From positions 1-55,541 of the forward strand of contig JAZNOR010000080.1 in NCBI GenBank assembly GCA_045589235.1: a stretch of DNA of 55,541 nucleotides, given 5' to 3'. The notes below the pieces were generated by a model, which was not told where the DNA came from, made no database searches, and saw nothing but the letters and a program-made list of their open reading frames with translations. Shown here one piece after another: positions 17,858 to 28,428 of this stretch. The translations under genes and the position numbers were made by a program. This stretch comes from Eubacteriales bacterium. GTDB taxonomy: Bacteria > Bacillota > Clostridia > Oscillospirales > JAAYXM01. The first letter of the stretch is position 1, and each line of letters starts with the position of its first letter.

Positions 17858-18523
17858 ATGGAACTTAAAGGACTCAAAGTTAACTTTTTAGGGGATAGCA
17901 TAACACAGATATATAATGCAAGCTCTGAAGAAACGGTATACCACGGTGTGCTAAAACAAATGGCGGAGCTTGGTGTCACCAGAAATTACGGAATTTCAGG
18001 CACTCGCTACGCAATACAGAAAAAGATAGGCACTGGCGATTATGAGTATGTCGATGTGAATTCTTTTTCAGAGCGATTTGACAAAATGGACGATGACGCG
18101 GATCTCATTATCGTCTTTGGCGGAACAAATGACTATGGCCACGGCGATGCGCCGATAGGTAAGTTTTCCGACCGCGAGCCAACAACGTTTTATGGCGCGT
18201 GCCATTATCTGTATAGTGGACTGATAAAGAAATATTTGGGCAAAAAAATCGTTATTCTCACACCAACTCACAGACTGGGCGAGCTTGAAAAAAGCCGTGA
18301 TGAGCGAGTTAGTGAGGATAATTGCCTTTTAGACTATGTAAATGCAATACGTGAAGTGGCTGAATTCTATTCACTTCCTGTGTGCGATTTATTTAAAAAC
18401 AGCGGTCTTCAGCCGGCAATAGAGGAAGTTCGCGAAAACTTTATGCCTGATGGTTTACATCCAAACGATGCAGGGCATAAAAAAATAGCAGAAGTTTTAT
18501 ACTCATTCTTAAAAGCATTATAA
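17858..18523 (+). CDS. SGNH/GDSL hydrolase
   Basis: LGDSIT, GISG, GGTND and DGLHPN blocks; RBS AAGGAG before ATG 17858. Confidence 0.9.
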   Translation: MELKGLKVNFLGDSITQIYNASSEETVYHGVLKQMAELGVTRNYGISGTRYAIQKKIGTGDYEYVDVNSFSERFDKMDDDADLIIVFGGTNDYGHGDAPIGKFSDREPTTFYGACHYLYSGLIKKYLGKKIVILTPTHRLGELEKSRDERVSEDNCLLDYVNAIREVAEFYSLPVCDLFKNSGLQPAIEEVRENFMPDGLHPNDAGHKKIAEVLYSFLKAL

Positions 18524-18559
18524 TAAAAAACAGCCAATCTTTTGGCTGTTTTTTATTAT
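18522..18559 (+). terminator. intrinsic terminator
   Basis: AAAAAACAGCCAA-TCTT-TTGGCTGTTTTTT. Confidence 0.7.
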
Positions 18560-18623
18560 TTTAATTGAATACAAAAGCGGCTTGTGATATAATAATAAAG
18601 AATATAAAGTTTTTTAGAGGGGA

Positions 18624-19421
18624 ATGAAAGCTTTGAAAATTTTGGTATTAATAAAGCAAGTTCCGGGCTCCAATAATGTTGAGGTTGACCCCAATACAGG
18701 AGTTTTAAAACGCGATGGAGTGAAGAGTAAAATTAACCCTTATGATTTATATGCACTTGAGGCAGCTTTCTCAATTTGCGAAAAATTTGGCGGCGAGGTA
18801 GAGGTTGTAACAATGGGTCCACCACAGGCTAAAAGCATTGTGCTTGAGGCGATTTGTATGGGCGCGAATGGCGGTGCGGTTATATCTGACCGCGCGTTTG
18901 CAGGTGCGGATGTACTTGCAACGTCATATACATTATCGCAGGGTATAAAAACACTTGGCGATTTTGACATTATAATCTGCGGAAAGCAAACAACAGATGG
19001 CGATACTGCGCAGGTAGGCGCTGAGGTAGCAGAGTTTTTATCACTTCCGAATGTCGCAAACGTAAGTGAAGTTTACGGAATTGAAGACGGTGAACTGTAT
19101 CTCGGCGCATCACTCGATGAAAAGAATGTTAGCCTTAAAATAAAGCTTCCATGCCTCATTTCGGTAGACGGCGATATAAATTCACCGCGTCTGCCGTCAT
19201 ATAAAACCAAGTGTTCGCTTGATGAAAGCGTTGTTAAATTCATATCTTTAAACGAGCTTAATGATAAAAACCCTGAAAATTACGGCCTCTCCGGCTCTGC
19301 AACGCAGGTTGAACGTATCTTCCCGCCGGAAAAGCGCGCGGAAAAAAGTGAGTTTTTGGGCAATGCCGATGAGCAGGCAAAGGCGCTCTTTAAGCTTATT
19401 TCAGACAAGAAGCTTGTTTAG
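18624..19421 (+). CDS. etfB: electron transfer flavoprotein beta subunit
   Basis: IKQVP, INPYD, TMGPPQA, DRAFAGADVLATSYTL, CGKQTTDGDTAQVG. Confidence 0.93.
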   Translation: MKALKILVLIKQVPGSNNVEVDPNTGVLKRDGVKSKINPYDLYALEAAFSICEKFGGEVEVVTMGPPQAKSIVLEAICMGANGGAVISDRAFAGADVLATSYTLSQGIKTLGDFDIIICGKQTTDGDTAQVGAEVAEFLSLPNVANVSEVYGIEDGELYLGASLDEKNVSLKIKLPCLISVDGDINSPRLPSYKTKCSLDESVVKFISLNELNDKNPENYGLSGSATQVERIFPPEKRAEKSEFLGNADEQAKALFKLISDKKLV

Positions 19422-19434
19422 GAGGTGCATTTAA

Positions 19435-20628
19435 GTGGGAAAATTAGTTGTAAATCAAGATAAAGTAACACTATCGAATGCACCTAAGATTATGGGCGTG
19501 TGCCCGTTTGGTGCAATAACCTATGAAAACGGAAAGCTTGATATTTCCGCCGCCTGCAAGATGTGTAAAATGTGCGTTACTAAGAGTGAGGGCGTAATTG
19601 AGTATGTCGAGCAGGTTAAAAAGAGCGTAAATAAAGATGATTTTAAAGGTGTTTGTGTATTTGCAGATATGTCAAACGGCGACATTCACCGAGTTACCTA
19701 TGAGCTTTGCGGAAAAGCGCGTGAGCTTGCGGACAAGATAGGACATCCTGTTTATGCACTTGTAATCGGTGCAGATACAGCGTCTGCAAAAAAACTTTTG
19801 CACTACGGTGTTGACAAGGTGTTTACCTATGAAAATAAGGCTTTTGCGGATTTCAGAATTGAACCGTATACCGCTGCATTCTGCGACTTTATTGAGAAAA
19901 TAAAGCCGTCATCCGTGCTTGTCGGTGCAACGAATTTAGGTCGTGCACTTGCACCGCGTGTTGCGGCGCGTTGCCGTTGCGGCTTAACGGCAGATTGCAC
20001 AGTGCTTGATATGAAGGAGAATACTGACCTTGTTCAGATTCGCCCTGCATTTGGCGGTAATATTATGGCACAGATTATTTCAACGGATACTCGTCCGCAA
20101 TTTTGCACCGTGCGCTATAAAATATTCTCTGAACCAACTCCGACGGATAATCCGAACGGAGAAATTGTAAGTATGGCGGTAACGGATAAAATGCTCAAAT
20201 CTGAAATTGAAGTATATTCAACTGAGGATAAGCCACGCGATGTTGATATTTCCGATGCTGATGTAATTGTTGCAGTAGGTCGCGGAGCAATGAGCGAAAA
20301 CCTCCGAGCACAAGCAGCAGAGCTTGCCGAATTACTTGGCGGTGTTGTCGCGTGTACACGCCCGCTTGCAGAGGCTAATATCTACAATTCAAAGCAACAG
20401 ATTGGTCTTTCCGGAAGAACGGTTAAGCCTAAGTTTATTATCTGCCTCGGAATTTCCGGTGTAATTCAGTTTGCGGCAGGAATGAAAGAATCCGAGTGTA
20501 TTGTTGCGGTTAATACCGATAAAAATGCGCCGATTTTTGACGTTGCGCATTATGTGATAGTCGGCGACGTTGCGGAAATTTTACCGCGCATTATAAATAA
20601 AATAAAGGAGGTGCGCGGAGATGTATAG
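19435..20628 (+). CDS. etfA: electron transfer flavoprotein alpha subunit with an N-terminal [4Fe-4S] domain
   Basis: CPFGAI...CKMCKMC at the N-terminus; [32 protein letters not shown]. Confidence 0.93.
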   Translation: MGKLVVNQDKVTLSNAPKIMGVCPFGAITYENGKLDISAACKMCKMCVTKSEGVIEYVEQVKKSVNKDDFKGVCVFADMSNGDIHRVTYELCGKARELADKIGHPVYALVIGADTASAKKLLHYGVDKVFTYENKAFADFRIEPYTAAFCDFIEKIKPSSVLVGATNLGRALAPRVAARCRCGLTADCTVLDMKENTDLVQIRPAFGGNIMAQIISTDTRPQFCTVRYKIFSEPTPTDNPNGEIVSMAVTDKMLKSEIEVYSTEDKPRDVDISDADVIVAVGRGAMSENLRAQAAELAELLGGVVACTRPLAEANIYNSKQQIGLSGRTVKPKFIICLGISGVIQFAAGMKESECIVAVNTDKNAPIFDVAHYVIVGDVAEILPRIINKIKEVRGDV

Positions 20629-22015
20629 CAAAGTTACGGAAAACGAAGTTTTAAAACTAAAGAACATCGTTGGAGCTGATAACGTCATCTTTGGCGAGGC
20701 AATCAGCGAGGATTATTACCACGACGAGCTTGGCGGAATTGAGAGCGCACCTGAGGTTTTGGTGCGTGTGCACAAGACTGAAGAAGTGTCTGAAATAATG
20801 AAGCTTGCGTATGAGAAAAATATTCCCGTAACAGTACGAGGCAGCGGAACGGGCCTTGTAGGCGCAGCAGTTGCGCTTCACGGTGGAATTCTGCTTGAAA
20901 CAACGCAGATGAATAAAATTTTAAGTCTTGATGAAGATAATTTAACAGTAACCGTGCAGCCCGGAGTTCTGCTTATGGAGCTTGCGGCGTTTGTCGAGGA
21001 GCACGATTTTCTCTATCCGCCGGACCCGGGTGAAAAATCGGCAACCATCGGCGGAAATATTTCAACCAACGCAGGCGGAATGCGTGCGGTTAAATACGGT
21101 GTAACGCGCGACTATGTGCGCGCACTTACAGTCGTTATGCCAAACGGTGAGATACTAAATCTCGGCGGTAAGGTTGCCAAAAACAGCTCAGGCTATAGCT
21201 TAAAGGACTTGGTAATCGGCTCTGAGGGCACACTTTGCATAATTTGCGAGGCGACACTAAAGCTAATTCCGCTTCCGAAGGTATCGGTAAGCTTGCTCGT
21301 TCCGTTTGCGGATATGAAGAGTGCAATTGAAGCTGTGCCTAAGATTTTCAAATCAAAAATTACACCAACTGCGGTTGAATATATGTCGCGCGATACGATT
21401 TTGTTTTCCGAGAGCTATCTTGGCAAAAAATTCCCCGATACTAAGAACGATGCATACATTTTACTGACCTTTGACGGAAAAGATGACGAACAGGTAGATT
21501 GTGACGTTAAAATTATTGCGGATTTGTGCCTTACACTTGGCGCGCTAGATGTTTACATAGTTGACACAGAGGAGCGAAAGAAATCTGTCTGGTCTGCCCG
21601 CGGAGCATTCCTTGAGGCGATTAAGGCTTCAACTACAGAAATGGATGAATGTGACGTTGTAGTACCTGTAAATCGTGTTGATGAATTTATTAAATACACC
21701 CATAAATTGGCAGATGACTATAGCATTCGCATCCCGAGCTTCGGTCATGCGGGTGACGGTAACTTGCACGTTTACATCTGCAGGGATAAGTTGAACGCCT
21801 GTGAGTGGGAGAAGATTTTAAAAATCTGCTTTGACAAGATGTATAAGAAAGCCGAAGAGCTTGGTGGTCTCGTTTCGGGTGAACACGGTATCGGCTTTGC
21901 AAAAAGAGAGTATTTAAAGAAATTATACGGCGAAACACCGATTGCCTTAATGGCAGGAATTAAAAAGGTTTTTGATGAGAAAAATATCTTAAACCCGGGT
22001 AAAATTATGGAATAG
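20621..22015 (+). CDS. FAD-linked 2-hydroxyacid dehydrogenase (GlcD/LctD-like; probable D-lactate dehydrogenase partner of the Etf)
   Basis: [56 protein letters not shown]. Confidence 0.88.
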   Translation: MYSKVTENEVLKLKNIVGADNVIFGEAISEDYYHDELGGIESAPEVLVRVHKTEEVSEIMKLAYEKNIPVTVRGSGTGLVGAAVALHGGILLETTQMNKILSLDEDNLTVTVQPGVLLMELAAFVEEHDFLYPPDPGEKSATIGGNISTNAGGMRAVKYGVTRDYVRALTVVMPNGEILNLGGKVAKNSSGYSLKDLVIGSEGTLCIICEATLKLIPLPKVSVSLLVPFADMKSAIEAVPKIFKSKITPTAVEYMSRDTILFSESYLGKKFPDTKNDAYILLTFDGKDDEQVDCDVKIIADLCLTLGALDVYIVDTEERKKSVWSARGAFLEAIKASTTEMDECDVVVPVNRVDEFIKYTHKLADDYSIRIPSFGHAGDGNLHVYICRDKLNACEWEKILKICFDKMYKKAEELGGLVSGEHGIGFAKREYLKKLYGETPIALMAGIKKVFDEKNILNPGKIME

Positions 22016-22024
22016 GTGATTTGT

Positions 22025-23416
22025 ATGTTAGAAACACTTGTAAATTCAATAAATGACGCACTTTATACTTATGTGCTTATTATCTTTCTCTTAGTTTGCG
22101 GGCTCTATTTTACAGTGCGTTCACGCTTTGCACAGTTTAGATTATTCGGTCAGCAGTTAAAATCCGTTACCGAAAAGACAGACGGAGTTTCATCATTTCA
22201 GGCACTTATGGTATCGACTGCATCACGCGTCGGAACGGGTAATATTATCGGTGTATCAACTGCAATTTGCCTTGGTGGATTCGGATCTGTGTTCTGGATG
22301 TGGGTAATCGCGCTTATTGGCGGTGCTTCGGCTCTTGTTGAAAGTACGCTTGCGCAGATTTATAAGCGTCGCGGACCGGACGGATGGCACGGCGGTCCGG
22401 CTTATTACATTGAAACTGCGCTTAAATCGCGCTCGCTTGCAATAATTTTCTCTGTTTTTCTTATTTTAACTTATGGCTTTGGATTTAATATGCTCGCGTC
22501 ATATAATCTCCAGTCAACCTTTGCAGGCTATTCTTTCTATAATGCAGCCTATACTCCGTGGATAATCGGTGCAATTCTTGCGATTTTAGTTGGATATTGC
22601 CTGTTTGGCGGCGGTAAGAGAATTATCAAGGTAACAAGCTTGCTCGTTCCGATAATGGGCGTTGCTTATATCGGCGTGGCTCTCGTTATAGTATTTATGA
22701 ATTTAGGCGCAATTCCGGAAATTTTTAGCCGTATATTTACTGAAGCGTTTGACTTTACCTCAATCTTTGGCGGATTTACCGGCTCTTGCGTTATGTTTGG
22801 AATTAAGCGAGGTTTGTTTTCAAATGAAGCAGGTGTCGGCTCAGCTCCGAATGCATCGGCATCAGCAGACGTTGCACATCCTGTAAAGCAGGGTTTAGTT
22901 CAGGTGCTCTCTGTTTTTATTGATACGATTTTAGTCTGCACGGCAACTGCGTTTATGTGTATGTGCTCAGGTGTCACACCGACAGCGGAAATTTCAGGTG
23001 CACCTTATGTTCAAATGAGCTTATCGGCAACACTCGGAAGCTTTGGCCCGATATTTATTACCGTTGCAATGATTTTATTTGCGTTCACAACACTTATCGG
23101 AAATTTATATTACGTCGACCAAAGCTGGTTCTTTATATTTAAGAAAAAACCGAGTAAGGTGTTTATGAGCATCTATTATATCGTTGCTTCACTCGTTATC
23201 TTTGTGGGTGCAGGACTTAGTGCTGATTTACTCTGGGGCATTGCGGATATAACAATGGGTGCAATGGCGGTAATTAACGTGCCTGTAATTATCTATCTTG
23301 GAAAATACGCAATGCGCGCATTGCAGGATTACGACAATAAAATTAAAAATGGCGAGCAGATAAGCTTTAAAGCGCGCGATATCGGCCTTCCCGATGAGGT
23401 AGATGCATGGAAATGA
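22025..23416 (+). CDS. alanine/glycine:cation symporter (AGCS family)
   Basis: SSFQALMVSTASRVGTGNI, GSVFWMW, KRGLFSNEAGVGS, FAFTTLIGN. Confidence 0.92.
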   Translation: MLETLVNSINDALYTYVLIIFLLVCGLYFTVRSRFAQFRLFGQQLKSVTEKTDGVSSFQALMVSTASRVGTGNIIGVSTAICLGGFGSVFWMWVIALIGGASALVESTLAQIYKRRGPDGWHGGPAYYIETALKSRSLAIIFSVFLILTYGFGFNMLASYNLQSTFAGYSFYNAAYTPWIIGAILAILVGYCLFGGGKRIIKVTSLLVPIMGVAYIGVALVIVFMNLGAIPEIFSRIFTEAFDFTSIFGGFTGSCVMFGIKRGLFSNEAGVGSAPNASASADVAHPVKQGLVQVLSVFIDTILVCTATAFMCMCSGVTPTAEISGAPYVQMSLSATLGSFGPIFITVAMILFAFTTLIGNLYYVDQSWFFIFKKKPSKVFMSIYYIVASLVIFVGAGLSADLLWGIADITMGAMAVINVPVIIYLGKYAMRALQDYDNKIKNGEQISFKARDIGLPDEVDAWK

Positions 23417-24249
23417 GAAAGCTTGCAATAAGTGCACAGCCACATTTTGGCGTGCCGATTGAAAAACAGATAAAACTATTTAAAAAAGCGGGCTTTTCAG
23501 GCTTTTTCACCCCATGGGATAAAAATTTAAAAGAGTATCGTGCGGCGGCAGATGAGGCCAAACTCAAATATGTCGCAGTTCACGCACCGATAACGCACAC
23601 TCAAAAAATATGGGATGAAGATTTGTCTGAATATTTTATAACCTATGTTGAAGACACCGCAAAAATCGGAGTGCCGATTCTTATTGTGCACGCTTATACT
23701 GTTCCTGAAATGCAGTATTCTGTGGTTTCGCGCGATATGGGAAGTGCGAGTAACGAGGGAGTAGAACGATACCGCAAAATGGTTGAACATGCAGCAAAGC
23801 TCGGCGTTAAAATCGCATTTGAAAATGCAGAGGGTGAAGAGCAGCTTCACGCGCTTATGCGCGCGTTTAAAGATTATGAAAATGTCGGCTACTGCTGGGA
23901 TTCGGGGCATGAGGCGGCTTATGCGCCCGATATTGATTATTTATCACTATATGGTGATAAGCTGCTTATTACTCATTTAAACGATAACCTAGGCTGTAGA
24001 AATGAAGATGGCAAAATATCCGGGTTAGACGACTTGCATCTCCTGCCGTTTGACGTAAATATCAATTGGCAAGAGAAAGTGGAAACTCTTAAAAATTGCA
24101 GATTGCCTGAGTTTTTAACCTTTGAACTTAAAATGAATCTTCCGTTTAGCGATAAACGCCACAAGCAGTATGAAAATTTATCACTTGAAGAATATTTATC
24201 TCTTGCGCAAATTCGAGCAAGGAAGATAGCAGATATGCTGGAGGCATAA
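23413..24249 (+). CDS. xylose isomerase-like TIM barrel (sugar phosphate isomerase/epimerase family)
   Basis: HAP, AFEN, CWDSGH, HLNDN, HLLP, FELK; ATGA overlap with the upstream stop. Confidence 0.85.
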   Translation: MRKLAISAQPHFGVPIEKQIKLFKKAGFSGFFTPWDKNLKEYRAAADEAKLKYVAVHAPITHTQKIWDEDLSEYFITYVEDTAKIGVPILIVHAYTVPEMQYSVVSRDMGSASNEGVERYRKMVEHAAKLGVKIAFENAEGEEQLHALMRAFKDYENVGYCWDSGHEAAYAPDIDYLSLYGDKLLITHLNDNLGCRNEDGKISGLDDLHLLPFDVNINWQEKVETLKNCRLPEFLTFELKMNLPFSDKRHKQYENLSLEEYLSLAQIRARKIADMLEA

Positions 24250-24251
24250 TA

Positions 24252-24926
24252 ATGAAAAGAACAAAATTAGCAGACAGAAAGCTACCAACCTATTCAAAGG
24301 GTGAGGAAATATTCAATATGGTATCGCACATAGTCGGCGGTGCACTCGGAATTTTAAGTATAGTTTTGTGTTCTGTGTTTGCGGGTATGCAGGGCGATCC
24401 GTATAAGGTTGTATCAGGCGTGATTTTCGGCGTTACAATGCTTATGCTTTATACTATGTCGAGTATATATCACGGCTTAAGCCCGAAGACTATGGCAAAG
24501 AGAGTTTTTCAGATAATCGACCACTGCTCGATTTTCATTCTGATTGCAGGAACATACACACCGGTTGCGCTCTGCGCAATCCGCGAGGTGAGCACGTTTG
24601 AAGGTTGGCTGCTTTTCGGTATCGTGTGGGCGGCGGCAATTGTGGGTATTGTATTTAATTCAATTGATATTAAGAAGTATAAAATTCTGTCAATGATACT
24701 TTATCTCGTTATGGGCTGGTGCGTTATTTTCAGAATAAACGTGCTTATCGAGGCAGTCGGCTGGGGCGGCTTCTGGATGGTGCTGCTCGGCGGTGTTGCA
24801 TATACAATCGGAGCCGTGCTTTACGGACTCGGCAAGCATAAGTGGATGCACTCTGTGTTCCACATTTTCTGCATTATCGCAAGTATTTTGCACTTGCTTT
24901 TTGTTTTACTTTTCATAATTTTATAG
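24252..24926 (+). CDS. hemolysin III/TrhA (PAQR) family membrane protein
   Basis: EEIFNMVSH, SSIYH, DHCSIFILIAGTYTP, HSVFHIF. Confidence 0.9.
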   Translation: MKRTKLADRKLPTYSKGEEIFNMVSHIVGGALGILSIVLCSVFAGMQGDPYKVVSGVIFGVTMLMLYTMSSIYHGLSPKTMAKRVFQIIDHCSIFILIAGTYTPVALCAIREVSTFEGWLLFGIVWAAAIVGIVFNSIDIKKYKILSMILYLVMGWCVIFRINVLIEAVGWGGFWMVLLGGVAYTIGAVLYGLGKHKWMHSVFHIFCIIASILHLLFVLLFIIL

Positions 24927-24935
24927 AGGTGGACT

Positions 24936-25433
24936 ATGAAAACACTTATTGTAATTGATATGCAAAACGATTTTATCGATATGGCGCTCGGAACACAAGA
25001 AGCGGTCGCGATTGTCCCGCGTGTGCGAGAGAAAATTTCAGAATATAAATCGCGTGGAGATCGGATAATATACACGAGAGATACACACGGCGAGGATTAT
25101 CTTAAAACTCCCGAGGGTGAAAAGTTACCGGTTCCGCATTGCATAAAGGGAACATCCGGCTGGCAAATAGCTGACGGGTTGTATATTGAGGGTTCGCAGA
25201 TAATTGATAAACCAAACTTCGGTTGGTCAAACTGGAAAGAGCTTGATTTAGACGAAGTTGAAATAGTAGGTCTTTGCACAGATATATGTGTAGTATCCAA
25301 CGCGCTTATAATTAAGGCGAGCTTTCCGAATGCGAAAATAAGCGTTGACTCAGCTTGTTGTGCCGGTGTGACACCTGAAAGTCACGAAGCTGCACTTACA
25401 ACGATGAAAATGTGCCAGATTGATGTTGTTTAG
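24936..25433 (+). CDS. pncA: isochorismatase-family cysteine hydrolase, probable nicotinamidase
   Basis: VIDMQNDF, TRDTH, PHC, DKPNFG, GLCTDICV; directly upstream of nadE. Confidence 0.78.
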   Translation: MKTLIVIDMQNDFIDMALGTQEAVAIVPRVREKISEYKSRGDRIIYTRDTHGEDYLKTPEGEKLPVPHCIKGTSGWQIADGLYIEGSQIIDKPNFGWSNWKELDLDEVEIVGLCTDICVVSNALIIKASFPNAKISVDSACCAGVTPESHEAALTTMKMCQIDVV

Positions 25434-25445
25434 AGGTGAAATATT

Positions 25446-26177
25446 ATGTTTGATGCTAAAAAAGTATGCGCGGAATGTGTTGCGTGGATACGCGATTTCT
25501 TTGAAAATAACGGCCCTGACTGCAATGCAATTGTCGGAATTTCGGGTGGTAAGGATTCCTCCGTTGTGGCTGCACTCTGTGTTGAGGCGCTGGGACGTGA
25601 CCGTGTTATCGGCGTTCTTATGCCGCAGGGCGAGCAGTTTGATATAGATGCGTCTTATAAACTCGTTAATCATCTTGGAATCCGCCATTATGTGGTAAAT
25701 GTTAAAGACGCGGTCGACGCGGTTATAAATAATCTACCAAAGGATATGGAAATAACTCCGCAAACAAGACAGAACATTCCACCGCGAATCCGTATGACGA
25801 CACTCTATGCAATTGCACAGAGCAATAACGGTCGCGTTGCAAACACCTGTAATTTATCCGAGGATTGGGTTGGATATTCAACGCGTTACGGTGACTCGGT
25901 CGGCGATTTTTCACCGATGTCATTCTTAACTGTTACCGAGGTTAAGGAAATAGGCAGATTCTTAGGCCTTCCCGCTGAACTTGTTGACAAAACCCCGATT
26001 GACGGACTATGCGGTAAAACCGATGAAGAGAATTTAGGCTTTACCTATGCAGAGCTTGATAAATACATTCGCACGGGCGAAATTGAAGACAAGGCAAAGA
26101 AGGAAATAATCGACAGAAAGCATAAAATGAATTTATTTAAGCTATCCTTTATGCCGTGCTTTAAACCGGAGGTTTAA
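25446..26177 (+). CDS. nadE: NH3-dependent NAD+ synthetase
   Basis: GISGGKDSSV, NIPPRIRM, VGYSTRYGD, KTPIDGL...DEENLG; no glutaminase domain. Confidence 0.93.
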   Translation: MFDAKKVCAECVAWIRDFFENNGPDCNAIVGISGGKDSSVVAALCVEALGRDRVIGVLMPQGEQFDIDASYKLVNHLGIRHYVVNVKDAVDAVINNLPKDMEITPQTRQNIPPRIRMTTLYAIAQSNNGRVANTCNLSEDWVGYSTRYGDSVGDFSPMSFLTVTEVKEIGRFLGLPAELVDKTPIDGLCGKTDEENLGFTYAELDKYIRTGEIEDKAKKEIIDRKHKMNLFKLSFMPCFKPEV

Positions 26178-26179
26178 CT

Positions 26180-27502
26180 GTGTATAAATTAGCAGATAAG
26201 CATAAAAAATTAGCGCTCGATGCGTTAAATTATATTTTCAGTAATCCGGAGACGGGTTATCGTGAGGTAAAAACATCGAAGTATCTGGAAGATGCTTTTG
26301 AAAAGTTAGGCTATGAGCTAAACCGAGCAGGGGATATTCCCGGTTTTTATACAATTATTGATACAGGAAAACCGGGCCCTGAAATATTAGTGCTCGGCGA
26401 GATGGACTCACTCATTTTACCTACACATCCGAGTGCTGATAAGGCTACGGGCGCAGCTCACGTTTGCGGTCATGCAGCTCAGCCGGCGGCACTTGTTGCA
26501 ATTGCGGCATCCCTTAAGGAGCCGGGCGCGCTTGATAATTTGTGCGGAAAAATTCGTCTTTGTGCAGTTCCTGCCGAGGAGCTTATCGAAATTGAGTACC
26601 GTGAAGGACTCATTAAAGAGGGCAAAATTAAATACTACGGCGGTAAGCCCGAATTTTTACGCCGCGGAATGTTTGACGGCTGTGACATAGCGATTATGGT
26701 ACATACGACAACGGAAAAAGAAATAATTATAAGTAAAGCAATGGTTGGTTGTGTTGCAAAGCGCGTTATTTATAAAGGAAAAGCTTCTCACGCGGGCGGC
26801 GCGCCGGAGGACGGAATAAACGCGCTCTACGCCGCAACGCAGGGACTCGCGGCAATAAATGCAATCCGTGAGACATTTACCGAGCCTGATTTCGTGCGCG
26901 TGCATCCGATTGTAACAAAGGGTGGCTCGGTAGTAAACGCGATTCCAGATGAGGTTATTTTAGAGAGCTTTGTGAGGGGTAAAACATTTTCTGCAATTGA
27001 GAAAACTAATAAAAAGGTAAACCGCGCGCTCATCGGCGCGGCACTGTCTCTCGGTGCGAATATCGAGATTTTGGACTATCCCGGTTATGCTCCGCACGAG
27101 AATGATGATGCTCTTATGTCACTTTCTGAGGAGGCGGCAAAGGAAGCTACCCCATCTCTTGAGGTAAAGTTAAATGACTTGGAAACAGGAAGCTCTGATA
27201 TCGGAGACCTGTCGCGAATTATGCCGTGCGTTCAGCCGGAAATGCCGGGCGCGCGTGGCTCACTTCACGGAATTGACTTTGAGTTTGAAAACCCCGAGCT
27301 TGCAGTTCTCGGTGCGGCAAAATTACAGCTTAAAATGATAGAAATGCTTTTGGAAAACGGCGCAACTCGAGCCAAAGCGATTGTTTCAGGCTACAAGCCT
27401 GAATTTGCAAGTCGTGACGAATACTTTGCATATATTGATAAATTCATCACCACGGGTGATAGAATAAAATATTCAAGCGGAAAAGCCGAGGTAATATTAT
27501 AA
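26180..27502 (+). CDS. M20-family amidohydrolase
   Basis: NPETGYRE, GEMDSL, HVCGH, PAEE, GKASHAGGAPEDGINAL, GSSDIGD. Confidence 0.88.
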   Translation: MYKLADKHKKLALDALNYIFSNPETGYREVKTSKYLEDAFEKLGYELNRAGDIPGFYTIIDTGKPGPEILVLGEMDSLILPTHPSADKATGAAHVCGHAAQPAALVAIAASLKEPGALDNLCGKIRLCAVPAEELIEIEYREGLIKEGKIKYYGGKPEFLRRGMFDGCDIAIMVHTTTEKEIIISKAMVGCVAKRVIYKGKASHAGGAPEDGINALYAATQGLAAINAIRETFTEPDFVRVHPIVTKGGSVVNAIPDEVILESFVRGKTFSAIEKTNKKVNRALIGAALSLGANIEILDYPGYAPHENDDALMSLSEEAAKEATPSLEVKLNDLETGSSDIGDLSRIMPCVQPEMPGARGSLHGIDFEFENPELAVLGAAKLQLKMIEMLLENGATRAKAIVSGYKPEFASRDEYFAYIDKFITTGDRIKYSSGKAEVIL

Positions 27503-27514
27503 GAGGTGATTTAA

Positions 27515-28426
27515 ATGAAATTATGTAACACAACGGGAGATTTTGCGCGTTACTGCAAAACACACGAGGAACGAGTTAAAAATCTGGTTGAGGCAGGTTT
27601 TAAATATATCGATTTAAGTATGTATTCGATAGTAAATGAACCGTCATTTTTCGGCGATATGCCGTGGGAGGAAAATGCAAAAAAGCTTCTTGAATATGCA
27701 AATTCACTCGGAGCTACCTTTGTTCAGGCTCATTCGCCGGGTATAAATGCGCTCGATGTCCACGAGAATTCCGAGCGCGACCTAAACGCAACAATTCGCT
27801 CTGTTGAAGTGTGCGGTGTTCTCGGCATTCCGAATATCGTTGTGCACTCCGGTTGGGCGAAGGATATTTCAAAGGAAGAATGGTTTGAGAGAAATGCCGC
27901 ATTTTTCAGAAAATTATTCCCGGCAGCAGAGAAATATGGCGTTAATGTTCTATGCGAAAACTCAACTGCTGCTAATATGGGAGATAGATATTATACCAAT
28001 ACAGGCAAGGATATGTATGAATTTTGCGAATTTGTTGACCATCCGCTTTTTGGCGCGTGCTGGGATACGGGGCATGGCAACATTGAGGGGCCGCAGTATG
28101 ACGAAATTTTAGTCATTGGTAAGCACTTAAAGGCGGTACATATTAATGACAATCGCGGAAAGGCTGACGATCATATCATCCCGCTTATGGGTACTTTAAA
28201 TATGGATGAGATAATGCACGCACTTATTGATGTTAAGTTTAATGGCTACTTTACATTTGAGTGTGAATCGCTTCTTCTTCCGATGAAAACTTATCTCTAT
28301 CCGCGCCACGAATTTAAGGAAGATAAGCTATCAAGTCCACAGCTCTTTATGCAGAAGCATCTTACTCGTTTGATGTATGAAATCGGTGAGTGGTCACTTC
28401 GTGAATACAATATTTTTGAGGAATAA
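27515..28426 (+). CDS. xylose isomerase-like TIM barrel (sugar phosphate isomerase/epimerase family)
   Basis: QAHSP, LCEN, CWDTGHGN, HINDNRG...DHIIP, TFE. Confidence 0.85.
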   Translation: MKLCNTTGDFARYCKTHEERVKNLVEAGFKYIDLSMYSIVNEPSFFGDMPWEENAKKLLEYANSLGATFVQAHSPGINALDVHENSERDLNATIRSVEVCGVLGIPNIVVHSGWAKDISKEEWFERNAAFFRKLFPAAEKYGVNVLCENSTAANMGDRYYTNTGKDMYEFCEFVDHPLFGACWDTGHGNIEGPQYDEILVIGKHLKAVHINDNRGKADDHIIPLMGTLNMDEIMHALIDVKFNGYFTFECESLLLPMKTYLYPRHEFKEDKLSSPQLFMQKHLTRLMYEIGEWSLREYNIFEE

Positions 28427-28428
28427 TT

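Noticed and set aside
18582-18599. Rex box over the etfB promoter (TTGTGATATAATAATAAA)
   Set aside because: Only the left half-site matches, and it coincides with an extended -10 (TG-n-TATAAT), which explains it.
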